64,000 nt of DNA from Abditibacterium sp. (lineage in GTDB: Bacteria > Armatimonadota > Abditibacteriia > Abditibacteriales > Abditibacteriaceae): NCBI GenBank assembly GCA_965199495.1, contig CBDASK010000003.1, forward strand, positions 2,304,001 to 2,368,000. The letters run 5' to 3'. Positions 38,687-48,136 of this stretch are shown piece by piece (the stretch's first letter is position 1; the number at the start of each line of letters is the position of its first letter). Position numbers and translations under genes: made by a program. The notes beneath the pieces are model-generated. The model did not search any database. It worked only from the letters and a program-made list of their open reading frames with translations, and was not told where the DNA came from.

Positions 38687-39349
38687 TTGACCGAAGTCAT
38701 TCCTCCCCTACCGCGCATTGGCGTTTTAGTTTCCGGTCAATCGGGCGGCACCAACTTTCAGGCGATTTTGAACGCCATTAAGCGCGACGAACTCCATGCG
38801 CGCGTGGCTCTGCTGGTAGCGACCAACGAATTGCACGGCGCTATTGCGCGCGCGCGCACGGCCAATATTCAAACTCTGGTTTTGCCAACGGCCAATCTCA
38901 GTCGCGAATCTTTCGACGAGAAAGTCGCCGATGCGTTTTATCAAGCGGGCGTTTCGGTCGTGGCATTAGCGGGCTATCTGCGTTTCGTGACGCCGGTTTT
39001 GCTCGAAGCGTTTCCCGGTCGCATTCTCAACGTGCATCCCTCGCTTTTGCCCGCTTTTGGCGGTCAGGGAATGTATGGCAATCGCGTGCATCGCGCGGTT
39101 TTGGAACACGGTTGCCGCGTTTCTGGCTGCACCGTCCATCTCGTTGATGAGCGTTACGACACCGGCCCCATTATAGATCAAGCGTGCGTCCACGTCGAAG
39201 ACGACGACACGCCCGATTCGCTCGCCAAACGCGTCCAGCACGAAGAGCATCGTTTGTATCCGCAATGTTTGGAATGGCTGTGCCACAACAAAGTCGTCGT
39301 CGAGGGTCGCCGCGTGCGCCGGGTTGCAGATGTTTCGGATGCCAGATAA
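38687..39349 (+). CDS. purN: Phosphoribosylglycinamide formyltransferase
   Basis: VLVSG..GGTNFQA, LAGYLR, NVHPSLLPAF, DTGPII; TTG start assumed. Confidence 0.92.
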   Translation: MTEVIPPLPRIGVLVSGQSGGTNFQAILNAIKRDELHARVALLVATNELHGAIARARTANIQTLVLPTANLSRESFDEKVADAFYQAGVSVVALAGYLRFVTPVLLEAFPGRILNVHPSLLPAFGGQGMYGNRVHRAVLEHGCRVSGCTVHLVDERYDTGPIIDQACVHVEDDDTPDSLAKRVQHEEHRLYPQCLEWLCHNKVVVEGRRVRRVADVSDAR

Positions 39350-39591
39350 CAGATGTCAAATTTCGGATGGGTTTGAAGAGAGTTGTGTAGGACTTACGCA
39401 GTGAATTCTTCATTCGTAGCTTAAAAGCTACGGCAGATGGCTGCGCCGAACGTGCTTCGCACTTATTTTTAGTGCGAAGCACGTTCGGCGCAGCCATCTG
39501 CCGTAGGCTTCAGCCTACGAAGTGCGTAAGTCCTATTGTATTGCTTTGAACTCTTTTCAAACTTATTCGATTATCTGAAATCCGTTATCTG
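39343..39591. repeat. Nested palindromic element between purN and purH
   Basis: Imperfect outer arms; TAGGACTTACGCA/TGCGTAAGTCCTA at 39388-39535; 36-bp inner arms at 39428-39506. Confidence 0.8.
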
Positions 39592-39616
39592 AAATCCAAT
39601 GTTATCCTTTAGAGCG

Positions 39617-41158
39617 ATGTCAAAGCGCGCTTTACTTTCCGTTTCCAACAAAAATCGTCTCGCCCCGTTCGCGGCGGGACTTGTCGAATTGGGTTTTCAA
39701 ATTCTCTCGACCGGCGGCACCGCCCGCTCTTTGCGCGAGGCCGGTTTGCCCGTCACCGATGTCGCCGAAATCACCGGTTTTCCCGAAATGATGAATGGCC
39801 GCGTCAAGACGCTGCATCCCGCCGTGCATGGCGGCATTCTGGCACGCCGCGATAAACCTGAACATTTGAGCGCCATCGAATCGCAAAATATCGGCGCGAT
39901 TGACTTGGTTTGCGTCAACCTCTATCCGTTCGAGCAGACCGTCGCCAAACCCGATGTGACTGACGAAGAGGCGATTGAAAACATTGACATCGGCGGCCCT
40001 TCGATGGTGCGCAGCGCGGCCAAAAACTTCGCCGCCGTGACGGTCGTGGTTGATCCGACCGATTACGACACCATTTTGGACGAACTCCAAAGCGGCGATA
40101 CCAAAATAGAAACGCGGCGTGCCCTCGCGACCAAAGCGTTCGCGCACACTTCGGCCTACGACGCGGCGATTACAACGTATTTGTCGGGTGAAACTCTGCC
40201 CGATTCGCTGCGCTTGGCGTTCGAGAAAGAGGACGATTTGCGTTACGGCGAAAACCCGCACCAAAAAGCCGCGTTCTATGCCGAACCCAATCCCGCGCAA
40301 GGTTCCCTCGCGGCGGCGCAACAATTGTCGGGCATCGCGTTGTCGTTCGTCAATTTGTTCGATTTGGACGGCGCGTGGAATTTGGTATGCGAATGGGACG
40401 AACCCGCCGCGTGCATCGTCAAGCATGCCAACCCGTGTGGCTGCGCCGTGGCTTCTACGCTCGCCGAGGCGTTTAGCAAAGCGCGCGACGCCGATCCTGT
40501 TTCGCGATTCGGCGGCATTATCGCGTGCAACCAAATCGTTGACGAGCAAACCGCGCAGGAAATCATCGTCAAAGGCTCGCTCTATCACGCGATTATAGCG
40601 CCCGGCTACGAACCGGCGGCGCTGGAATTACTCAAAAATCGCAGTGGCTGGGGCGCCGACTTGCGCATTTTGGATGCGGGCACGACTTTGCCGCGCGAAC
40701 CGGCGCTGGATTGGAAACGCGTTTCGGGCGGTTTGTTGGTGCAGGATTTAGATCGCGGCGAAGTTGCGGATGACGAATTAAAAACCGTGACGCAGACAGC
40801 AGCCACGCCGGAGCAAATGAATGATTTGAAGTTCGCTTGGAAGTGCGTCAAACATCTCAAATCGAACGCGATTGCCGTCGCCAAAAACGGTTCGCTCATT
40901 GGCGCGGGCGCCGGACAGATGAATCGCGTGAATAGCGTTGAACTCGCACTCAAGCAAGCGGGCGACAAAGCGCAGGGCGCGGTCTTGGCTTCGGACGCAT
41001 TTTTCCCGTTCGACGACGGCCCCGCCGCCGCCGCTAAAGCCGGAATTGTCGCGATTATTCAGCCGGGCGGCTCGAACAAAGACGCCGATTCAATCGCGTT
41101 ATGCGACCGCGAAAACGTGGCGATGGTGTTTACCGGAATGCGTCATTTTAAGCATTAA
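39617..41158 (+). CDS. purH: Bifunctional AICAR transformylase/IMP cyclohydrolase
   Basis: RALLSVSNK, GRVKTLHP, IDIGGP, RYGENPHQ, KHANPCG, SDAFFPF, RHFKH. Confidence 0.96.
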   Translation: MSKRALLSVSNKNRLAPFAAGLVELGFQILSTGGTARSLREAGLPVTDVAEITGFPEMMNGRVKTLHPAVHGGILARRDKPEHLSAIESQNIGAIDLVCVNLYPFEQTVAKPDVTDEEAIENIDIGGPSMVRSAAKNFAAVTVVVDPTDYDTILDELQSGDTKIETRRALATKAFAHTSAYDAAITTYLSGETLPDSLRLAFEKEDDLRYGENPHQKAAFYAEPNPAQGSLAAAQQLSGIALSFVNLFDLDGAWNLVCEWDEPAACIVKHANPCGCAVASTLAEAFSKARDADPVSRFGGIIACNQIVDEQTAQEIIVKGSLYHAIIAPGYEPAALELLKNRSGWGADLRILDAGTTLPREPALDWKRVSGGLLVQDLDRGEVADDELKTVTQTAATPEQMNDLKFAWKCVKHLKSNAIAVAKNGSLIGAGAGQMNRVNSVELALKQAGDKAQGAVLASDAFFPFDDGPAAAAKAGIVAIIQPGGSNKDADSIALCDRENVAMVFTGMRHFKH

Positions 41159-41176
41159 TTGTGGATTCGGCAAATC

Positions 41177-41271
41177 GTAGAGACACCGACTTGTCGTGTC
41201 TAAAAAGATTGAACTTACTTTGATGTCATGGAAAATCTGACATTTTAGACACGACAAGTCGGTGTCTCTAC
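41177..41271. repeat. GTAG-type REP doublet, family D, copy 1
   Basis: GTAGAGACACCGACTTGTCGTGTCTAAAA...TTTTAGACACGACAAGTCGGTGTCTCTAC. Confidence 0.88.
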
Positions 41272-41277
41272 AGGCAA

Positions 41278-41817
41278 TTACGCCCGAATCTCACGCGCCA
41301 AACCCGCCACACATTCGCGCAATAACGCGCTGATTTCCTCATCGGCGAGCAACGCAGCCACGTCCACCCGATTCGATCCCAATGGCACTTCCACCGACGC
41401 CGTTTCGCTGACGCGTGCCATCAACGTTTTCAAAATTTCGAGCAACGACGCGTTGGCAAACGAACCACGATTGGCGACGCTGATTATCGCGACCGGTTTG
41501 TCCCACAACTCGCCGCCGCTCACCAGCCAGTCGAGCAAATTCTTGAAACTGCCCGGCAAACCATGAACATATTCGGGCGTGCAAATGATTAAACCTTCGG
41601 CGGCAACCACGCGGGCGCGCAAATCGGCGACGCTCGTGGGCGCGTTTTCGCCATCGTCGTCGGGATTGAAATGCGGCAACGCGCCCATATTATCATAAAT
41701 TTCAATCGAAATATCGTCGGGCGTCAGCGCCGTGGCGGCTTGCAAGAGCGCCGAATTGGAACTGGCCACGCGCAGACTGCCCGAAATCGCCAGCAACTTA
41801 AAGGAAGAATCGTTCAT
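41278..41817 (-). CDS. NADPH-dependent FMN reductase
   Basis: ISGSLR..SSN, TPEYVHGLPGSFKNLLDW, DKPV. Confidence 0.9.
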   Translation of the reverse strand: MNDSSFKLLAISGSLRVASSNSALLQAATALTPDDISIEIYDNMGALPHFNPDDDGENAPTSVADLRARVVAAEGLIICTPEYVHGLPGSFKNLLDWLVSGGELWDKPVAIISVANRGSFANASLLEILKTLMARVSETASVEVPLGSNRVDVAALLADEEISALLRECVAGLAREIRA

Positions 41818-41860
41818 AAAACTTGTTCTACAAACGCGCTATGAACATTGACGTTGCAGC

Positions 41861-41875
41861 GTGAAACATTTGTGA
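41861..41875 (+). promoter_or_regulatory. GTGA-N7-GTGA direct repeat, candidate OmpR-family site 1
   Basis: Same motif and spacing at 46129 and 47433. Confidence 0.55.
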
Positions 41876-41944
41876 ACTTCATTGGCTAAATTAAAACATC
41901 ACGCGCGGGAACTTTCGCGCGGTTTCGTGCTTTGAATTGCTGAT

Positions 41945-42703
41945 ATGAAACGCCTCGAACCCAAACATCCGCTCGCGATTCGCTGGTTTCACTGGATCAA
42001 CTTTCCGGTTTTGATGCTGATGATCTGGAGCGGTTTGCTCATCTACTGGGCCAACGATGCTTTTCGCGTCGGCATTGGCAACTGGACGCTGTTCCACTTT
42101 TTTCCGCAACCGTTTTACGACAAATTCAACATCCCGTTTCGACTGGCCGAAGGCATGGGATGGCACTTCACCTTCGCGTGGATTTTCGCGATTAATGGTT
42201 TGCTCTACGTGCTTTATCTGGCGTTTTCGGGCGAATGGCGCCAGTTAATTCCCGGTCGCAAAACGTTGGGCGAAGCGATTCAAGTCGTGTTGCACGATTT
42301 GCATATTCGCAAGCAGCCACTGCCGCGCCGCAAGTTCAACGGCGCGCAACGCATCGCTTATAGTGGCGTGATTGTGATGGGTTTGGGCATGGTTTTGACG
42401 GGACTGGCGATTTACAAACCTGTTCAACTCGCGCTAATTTCGGCGCCGCTTTCCGGTATCGGCGGCGCGACGGCTTACGAAGTCGCGCGCTTTCTGCACT
42501 TCTGGATTACGCTGGCGTTTTGCGGGTTTTTTCTGGTTCACGTCGCGCAAGTCGCGCGCGCTGGCTGGAACAATTTTCGCGCGATGGTGACGGGTTATGA
42601 AGTTGTAACTGTAACGCAAAATAATGATTCGCCGGTGCGCAGCGAAGATGAACCGGCGTCAACAATGAACGAAGCAACCCAAGCGGTGGGAGAAAAAGTA
42701 TGA
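41945..42703 (+). CDS. Cytochrome b (PhsC/YdhU-like) membrane subunit
   Basis: IRWFHWIN, WHFTFAW, KFNGAQR.AY, ARFLHF, FLVHV. Confidence 0.88.
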   Translation: MKRLEPKHPLAIRWFHWINFPVLMLMIWSGLLIYWANDAFRVGIGNWTLFHFFPQPFYDKFNIPFRLAEGMGWHFTFAWIFAINGLLYVLYLAFSGEWRQLIPGRKTLGEAIQVVLHDLHIRKQPLPRRKFNGAQRIAYSGVIVMGLGMVLTGLAIYKPVQLALISAPLSGIGGATAYEVARFLHFWITLAFCGFFLVHVAQVARAGWNNFRAMVTGYEVVTVTQNNDSPVRSEDEPASTMNEATQAVGEKV

Positions 42704-43551
42704 ACGAGAAAACCGAAATGGCCGAGGCGCCCGAAGAAATTGAGATCGAGCGCGCCAATCAAAAACTCATCGAAGCACGCGAACAACAGGCGTTCGTGCG
42801 CGGCGAAATGCCGCCCGAATTAGTCGAGGCGCGCATGAAGCAGATGTCGCGGCGCTCGTTTTTGTGGGGCGCTTTAGCCGTTGGCGCGACCGTGGGCGGC
42901 GTCAAGTGGATCGGCGCGCAACGCGCCGAAGACGGCGTGGCTTGGCCGTTGCGGCGCGGTTTGCAAACCAACGAAGAATTGTGGCGCAATTTCTTTCGCC
43001 CGTCGCAATTGGCGACGACTTATCCGGCCTCGCGCGCGCGCCCGATTCGCGTTAATGGAATGATTGGAATGGAAGATGAAATCGACCCAAAAACCTGGAA
43101 ATTGCGCGTTGAAGGTCTGGGCGATGACGCAGAGTTTTCGCTCGATCAACTCAAAAAATTGCCCAAAGTCGAGATGACGACCGAGCTGAAATGTATTGAA
43201 GGCTGGGCCACGGTTGTCAACTGGGGCGGCGTGCGGTTGGCCGATTTCATCCGTGCGCACTCGCCCAAAAGTAAAGATTTCGCGTTGCCGCAGTACGCCG
43301 CCCTCGCCACGCCCAACGGCGGCTATTATGTCGGACTCGAAATGGCGGCGGCGCTGCATCCGCAAACATTGCTCTGCTACGAAATGTATGGCAAACCGCT
43401 CACGAACGAACATGGCGCGCCGCTCCGATTGGTTTCGCCGCTCAAATACGGCATCAAAAACATCCGTCGCATTGGCCTGCTCAAATTCATGGATATGCGC
43501 CCCGACGATTACTGGGCCGAGCGCGGCTACGATTACTACGCGGGATTTTAA
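42700..43551 (+). CDS. Tat-exported sulfite-oxidase-family molybdoenzyme (MsrP-like)
   Basis: SRRSFL, CIEGW, HPQTLL, HGAPLRLV.PLKYGIK, YWAERGYD. Confidence 0.88.
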   Translation: MNEKTEMAEAPEEIEIERANQKLIEAREQQAFVRGEMPPELVEARMKQMSRRSFLWGALAVGATVGGVKWIGAQRAEDGVAWPLRRGLQTNEELWRNFFRPSQLATTYPASRARPIRVNGMIGMEDEIDPKTWKLRVEGLGDDAEFSLDQLKKLPKVEMTTELKCIEGWATVVNWGGVRLADFIRAHSPKSKDFALPQYAALATPNGGYYVGLEMAAALHPQTLLCYEMYGKPLTNEHGAPLRLVSPLKYGIKNIRRIGLLKFMDMRPDDYWAERGYDYYAGF

Positions 43552-43554
43552 ATT

Positions 43555-44307
43555 ATGCCCCCTTCTTCGCTTCTCGCTCCTGCCGCACCGCGCCAAATTT
43601 TGGTGGTCGAGGATGACCGTGATTTGAGCCAACTGGTGCAGATGCACCTGCGCGACGCCGGTTACAGTTGCCAGATCAGCCACGACGGCGCCGCTGGTTT
43701 GACGCAAATGGAAACGCGCGATTACGATTTAATCGTGCTGGATTTGACTCTGCCGCGCACCGATGGCCTCGAAGTTTGCCGTCAGGTGCGCGCGCGCGAT
43801 CATTACACGCCGATTATCATGGTGACTTCGCGCGGCGACGAATTGGATCGCGTGCTGGGTCTGGAGTTGGGCGCCGACGATTATCTGGCCAAACCGTTTT
43901 CGATGCGCGAACTTTTGGCGCGCGTCAAAGCGGTTTTTCGGCGCGGCGAAGCGATGAATAAATCAGAAAACGCGCGCGATTCCGATTGTCCGGTGGCGAA
44001 AAACAGCGTTATTGAGAGCGGCCAGATGCGCATCGAACTCGACAAACGCGAAGTTATCATTGCCGGGCAAAGCGCGCAACTCACCGCCAAAGAATTCGAT
44101 TTGCTGCACTATTTCGCCTGTCATCCGGGCCGCGTTTACACGCGCTTGCAACTGCTCGATGCCGTTTGGGGTTTGGGTTATGAAGGCTACGAACATACGG
44201 TAAACAGTCACATCAATCGTCTGCGCGCCAAAATCGAACGCGACCCGACGCGTCCGCAATATTTGTTGACGGTTTGGGGCGTGGGATATAAATTCGCGGA
44301 GTTGTAG
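43555..44307 (+). CDS. OmpR-family response regulator
   Basis: VVEDD, LDL.LP, GADDYLAKPF, winged helix TVNSHINRLR, TVWGVGYK. Confidence 0.93.
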   Translation: MPPSSLLAPAAPRQILVVEDDRDLSQLVQMHLRDAGYSCQISHDGAAGLTQMETRDYDLIVLDLTLPRTDGLEVCRQVRARDHYTPIIMVTSRGDELDRVLGLELGADDYLAKPFSMRELLARVKAVFRRGEAMNKSENARDSDCPVAKNSVIESGQMRIELDKREVIIAGQSAQLTAKEFDLLHYFACHPGRVYTRLQLLDAVWGLGYEGYEHTVNSHINRLRAKIERDPTRPQYLLTVWGVGYKFAEL

Positions 44308-44329
44308 GGAGTTTTGGGGTTTTTGTGTA

Positions 44330-44582
44330 TTGGGGTTTGTGGGGCGGAGATTTTCGCTCGACCGGCCTCCTCCCCAACCCTCCCCCGTGCCGGGAGAGGG
44401 AGCCACCTCTCGGTCGCCGCGACTTTATTGAACTGTCTTGAAAGTTTGAAGACGGCGCCCTTTTAAACGTTTAAAGAAAGCTCTATACCAATCGGCGGCT
44501 TCGACGTGGCTCCCTCTCCCGGCACGGAGGAGGGTTGGGGAGGGGGCCGGTCGAGCGAAAATCTCCGCCCCACAAACCCCAA
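44330..44582. repeat. Long palindromic element between response regulator and kinase genes
   Basis: About 75-bp imperfect arms GGGGTTTGTGGGGCGGAGATTTTCGCTCGACCGGCC...CTCCCCAACCCTCC and reverse complement. Confidence 0.8.
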
Positions 44583-44594
44583 CATCCGAAAACA

Positions 44595-46124
44595 ATGAAA
44601 TTTTTCCAAACACTCCACGGCAAACTTTCGGCGGCACTTTTGGCATTACTGATTTTGGTCGGAGTTCTTTTAATTCCGCTCACGCTGTTCGCGGTGCGCG
44701 GCTACACCGAAGAAGTCGCGCAGCAACTCAATCGTCCGCTCGCGGCGGATTTGGCGAAACATTTGGACACCAAAAATTTGTTGCGCGCCAATTTCGCGTC
44801 CGACCAAGCCTTGCAAGCCGCCGCCAAAAGCGAAATCAGCAAGTTGATGGTGCTCAATCCCGACATCGAAATTTATATTTTGGACACGCACGGCAAGGTG
44901 CTGGCCTATTCGGCTCACGTCGAGAAGTTGCCGATGAATCGCGTCGCCCTCAAGCCGTTACGCGAATTTTTCGCGGGCCAAACTCTGCCGATTCGCGGCG
45001 ACGACCCGCTGCATTTGGGCGGGCACAAAGTCTTCTCTGCCGCGCGCATCCCCGATGCGGATGGTAAACCTTCGGCGGACGATTTGAACGGTTTCGTTTA
45101 TATCGTTTTGGGCAGCGACGCCTATCAATCGGTCGCCGAACTGACGGGCCGTTCTTATGCGCTACGCGGGATTTTGTGGATTATGGCGGGCGCCCTCGCG
45201 CTCGTGTTTGGCGCGGGCGTGCTACTATTTCGCGTTTTGACGCGCCCGCTACGCCGCCTAAAAAACGAGATGTCGGCGTTTCAAACCCAATTTGCCGCGT
45301 CCCCGGCGGCCACAGCAGCCACGCCGCCCGCGCAGGGGGAAATCGAAGAGTTGCAACGCGGGTTCGGCGCGCTGGCGAATTGCATTTCGGCGCATGTGGC
45401 TGCACGCGAGCGCGCCGAGGTTTCGCGCCGCGAACGCATGGGCAATATCTCGCACGATCTGCGCACGCCGCTCGCCGCTTTGCAGGGCTATCTCGAAACG
45501 CTTCAGATGAAAGACGCCACGCTTTCGCCCGCGCAGCGCCAACAGTATCTGGCCACCGCGATGCGCCGCGCCGCGCGGCTCAACACGCTGATTAGCTCGC
45601 TTTTTGAACTCGCCAAACTCGATTCCAGCGAAGCCAAAGCGCAACTCGAACCGTTTTCGCTCGCCGAACTGGTGCAGGACGAAATGCAAGAGTTCGCCCG
45701 CGCCGCGCAAGCCAAAGGCGTGCGTTTGCACACGCGATTGCCCAAAGATTTGCCGATGGTGAACGGCGACATCGCGCTTATCGAACGCGCGTTGGAAAAC
45801 CTGTTGAGCAACGCGTTGCGCCATACGCCCCAAGGCGGCGAAGTTTCGGTTACGCTCTCGCCGTGCCACGAAAACGAGCGTCGTTGTGTTCAAGTCGAAG
45901 TGCGCGATAGCGGCGAAGGCATCGCCGCCGCCGATTTGCCGCGCATTTTCGACCGCAGTTTTCGCGCGGGCACCGAGGGCGAAGGCGCCGGTTTGGGGCT
46001 GGCGATTACCAAGCGCATTTTGGAATTGCACGGCGAAACGATTGAAGTCCGCAGCGAACCCAATCAGGGCGCGACTTTTTGGTTTCGGTTGTGGGCGCCC
46101 GTAGAAGTCAAGAAAATAGGATGA
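44595..46124 (+). CDS. HAMP-domain sensor histidine kinase
   Basis: Two TMs, ISHDLRTPL, NLLSNALRHT, DSGEGI, GLGLAI. Confidence 0.92.
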   Translation: MKFFQTLHGKLSAALLALLILVGVLLIPLTLFAVRGYTEEVAQQLNRPLAADLAKHLDTKNLLRANFASDQALQAAAKSEISKLMVLNPDIEIYILDTHGKVLAYSAHVEKLPMNRVALKPLREFFAGQTLPIRGDDPLHLGGHKVFSAARIPDADGKPSADDLNGFVYIVLGSDAYQSVAELTGRSYALRGILWIMAGALALVFGAGVLLFRVLTRPLRRLKNEMSAFQTQFAASPAATAATPPAQGEIEELQRGFGALANCISAHVAARERAEVSRRERMGNISHDLRTPLAALQGYLETLQMKDATLSPAQRQQYLATAMRRAARLNTLISSLFELAKLDSSEAKAQLEPFSLAELVQDEMQEFARAAQAKGVRLHTRLPKDLPMVNGDIALIERALENLLSNALRHTPQGGEVSVTLSPCHENERRCVQVEVRDSGEGIAAADLPRIFDRSFRAGTEGEGAGLGLAITKRILELHGETIEVRSEPNQGATFWFRLWAPVEVKKIG

Positions 46125-46128
46125 ATCT

Positions 46129-46143
46129 GTGAAATTCGCGTGA
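46129..46143 (+). promoter_or_regulatory. GTGA-N7-GTGA direct repeat, site 2
   Basis: GTGAAATTCGCGTGA upstream of the gene at 46207. Confidence 0.55.
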
Positions 46144-46206
46144 GAATTATGCGTTAATCTTCTTTTTATCCGCCCTAAAAAAGCGGAATTTCCAAGGAGA
46201 TTTCCC

Positions 46207-47394
46207 ATGAATTTACCGTCCCTTTTTCGCAACACTTTACCCGCCGCAGGTTTACTCGCTCTGACAGCCACGGCGCACGCCCAACCCGATCCGCTGCACA
46301 ATCCCGCCGAAGTCGGGCCGCCCTCGCCCGCCGTCGGCGCCAAAATTTCCGAAGGCTATTTCGGGCCGATGCCGTCCGAAAACAAGAAGGAATTGATCGG
46401 CCCTTACCTTTTGCTCAAGGCGGGCAAAGTTTCGGACGATGGCAAAAGCGTTCAATTGCAACTTTACAAAGGCAAGCTCGAAGATGGCCGCACCGTTTGG
46501 TATGTTTTGACCGACACCACCGACGAGAAAAACGCCGAAGCGTTGGGCCTGAATTTCTCGGCCAAACTCAACTACGCCGATGTCGGTCGCGCCTGCCGCA
46601 CCGCGCGCTTGGAAAAAGACGGGACTTTGACGTTTTCCAAAGGCGCGGTCAACTTCGCGCCGCAACGCAAGCTGGTGCCGGGCACTTTGCCGGGCGCGTT
46701 TCCGCCCAAATCGGCGCAGCCCGGCTCGGTCGGCGACGCCGATTATACGCCCTTCGTCAAAATCACCAACGCCGGTGGCCACATCTATAACGCGCCCACC
46801 ATCGCCTTTGGCGTCGAGGCCAATCAGATCAGTTACGCCAATGGCAACCCCGATTACAGCCGCGTCCACGATAAAGTTTTGAAACTCGATCCGATTAATA
46901 TGACGGTCACGCTCAAGCTCACGGTTGGTTACTCGTTCGCGCGCCCGGTTTCGTATTTGTCGTTCGAGTCCAACGATCCGGTCGCGGCGACTTTGGAAGA
47001 AGCGACGCTGGCGCCCGCTTTAAACGATATTCAAGTCGGCCATGACGACGGCGCTTTTAGCGCGGTCGAGCGATTATTCACCTTTACCAATGGGCCGCAG
47101 GGCCAAGGCAATCCGCAACGCCAAGGGTTGAGTAGCGCCATCGCCGATGGCGGCGGCCCGATCAATATCTTTGGCGGCGTCCCCACGATTGCGGGCGATT
47201 ACTCGCCGATCTGGGATTTGCAAATCGGCGAGTGGACAACAGACGCCGTCGCTAAAGGCTACCGTTCGCGCTTGATTGACGAATTCACCATTTTGCGTTT
47301 CGCCAAAGACGGCTTTCTCACCGGGCCGATGGGCAAACCTTACGGCTCGTCGGGCACCATCGTGACTTGCCCGGTCGTGATGCGCTCGTTGTAA
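46207..47394 (+). CDS. Secreted hypothetical protein
   Basis: AGGAG RBS, signal peptide ending AHA, DYTP/DYSP.W internal repeat, C-terminal TCPVV. Confidence 0.78.
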   Translation: MNLPSLFRNTLPAAGLLALTATAHAQPDPLHNPAEVGPPSPAVGAKISEGYFGPMPSENKKELIGPYLLLKAGKVSDDGKSVQLQLYKGKLEDGRTVWYVLTDTTDEKNAEALGLNFSAKLNYADVGRACRTARLEKDGTLTFSKGAVNFAPQRKLVPGTLPGAFPPKSAQPGSVGDADYTPFVKITNAGGHIYNAPTIAFGVEANQISYANGNPDYSRVHDKVLKLDPINMTVTLKLTVGYSFARPVSYLSFESNDPVAATLEEATLAPALNDIQVGHDDGAFSAVERLFTFTNGPQGQGNPQRQGLSSAIADGGGPINIFGGVPTIAGDYSPIWDLQIGEWTTDAVAKGYRSRLIDEFTILRFAKDGFLTGPMGKPYGSSGTIVTCPVVMRSL

Positions 47395-47432
47395 ATTCCC
47401 AGCTTGGAGCGTGACTTAAAAAACGAGAACTC

Positions 47433-47447
47433 GTGACTCTTTAGTGA
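47433..47447 (+). promoter_or_regulatory. GTGA-N7-GTGA direct repeat, site 3
   Basis: GTGACTCTTTAGTGA upstream of the Met-rich gene. Confidence 0.55.
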
Positions 47448-47585
47448 GATTTAGGTTTTAAAATTCAATTCAGTTATCGTTGGTTGAACTTCAAAGTTCA
47501 ACCAACGGTGCGCTTCAATGCTTGGAAAAGCTCTCGCGGCGAGATGCGCCGCCAACTGGATTCAAGAATCCAAAGGAAAACACCC

Positions 47586-47966
47586 ATGAACAAACAATTG
47601 CTCAACCGACTCGCTCTCGTCGCCCTCGTCGCCCTCGTCGGCGTCACCGCCTTGCCCGTCATCGCTCAGGACAAAATGGACGGCAAGATGATGGACAACG
47701 GCAAAATGATGGACGGTAAAATGTCCGACGGCAAGATGATGGACGACAAGATGATGATGTCGAACATGGACAAAATGAAGATGTCCAAGTCCCAGAAGAT
47801 GATGATGAAAAAGGACATGATGGGCATGTCCATGATGCAAAAGAACGGCATGATGACCCACATGATGATGGGCAAAATGGCTTCGGGCCAAGAAATGCGC
47901 CGCATCGCTTGGTATAAAAAAACCTACGGCGGCAATTGGCGCGGCCACTATATGCCCGGTGTTTAA
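47586..47966 (+). CDS. Secreted methionine-rich repeat protein (MXKDX/MrpX-like)
   Basis: AAGGA RBS, signal peptide, repeats of (M)MDGKM, very Met-rich mature part. Confidence 0.82.
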   Translation: MNKQLLNRLALVALVALVGVTALPVIAQDKMDGKMMDNGKMMDGKMSDGKMMDDKMMMSNMDKMKMSKSQKMMMKKDMMGMSMMQKNGMMTHMMMGKMASGQEMRRIAWYKKTYGGNWRGHYMPGV

Positions 47967-47977
47967 GCCGCGCACTT

Positions 47978-48011
47978 CGCCCCGCCTGAACTCCAGACGG
48001 GGCGTTGTTTT
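47978..48011 (+). terminator. Intrinsic terminator
   Basis: CGCCCCGCCTG-AACTC-CAGACGGGGCG followed by TTGTTTT. Confidence 0.7.
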
Positions 48012-48136
48012 GGGTGAGGACAATCTCAAAGAACAGACAAATGATGCGTTTGCCCGGCTTTCAACTTGCTTTTGTCCCGACGCAAGAGCGCGCAACTCGG
48101 TAAAAGTCAAATGGCGCGTGCTAACACCCTGATTCG

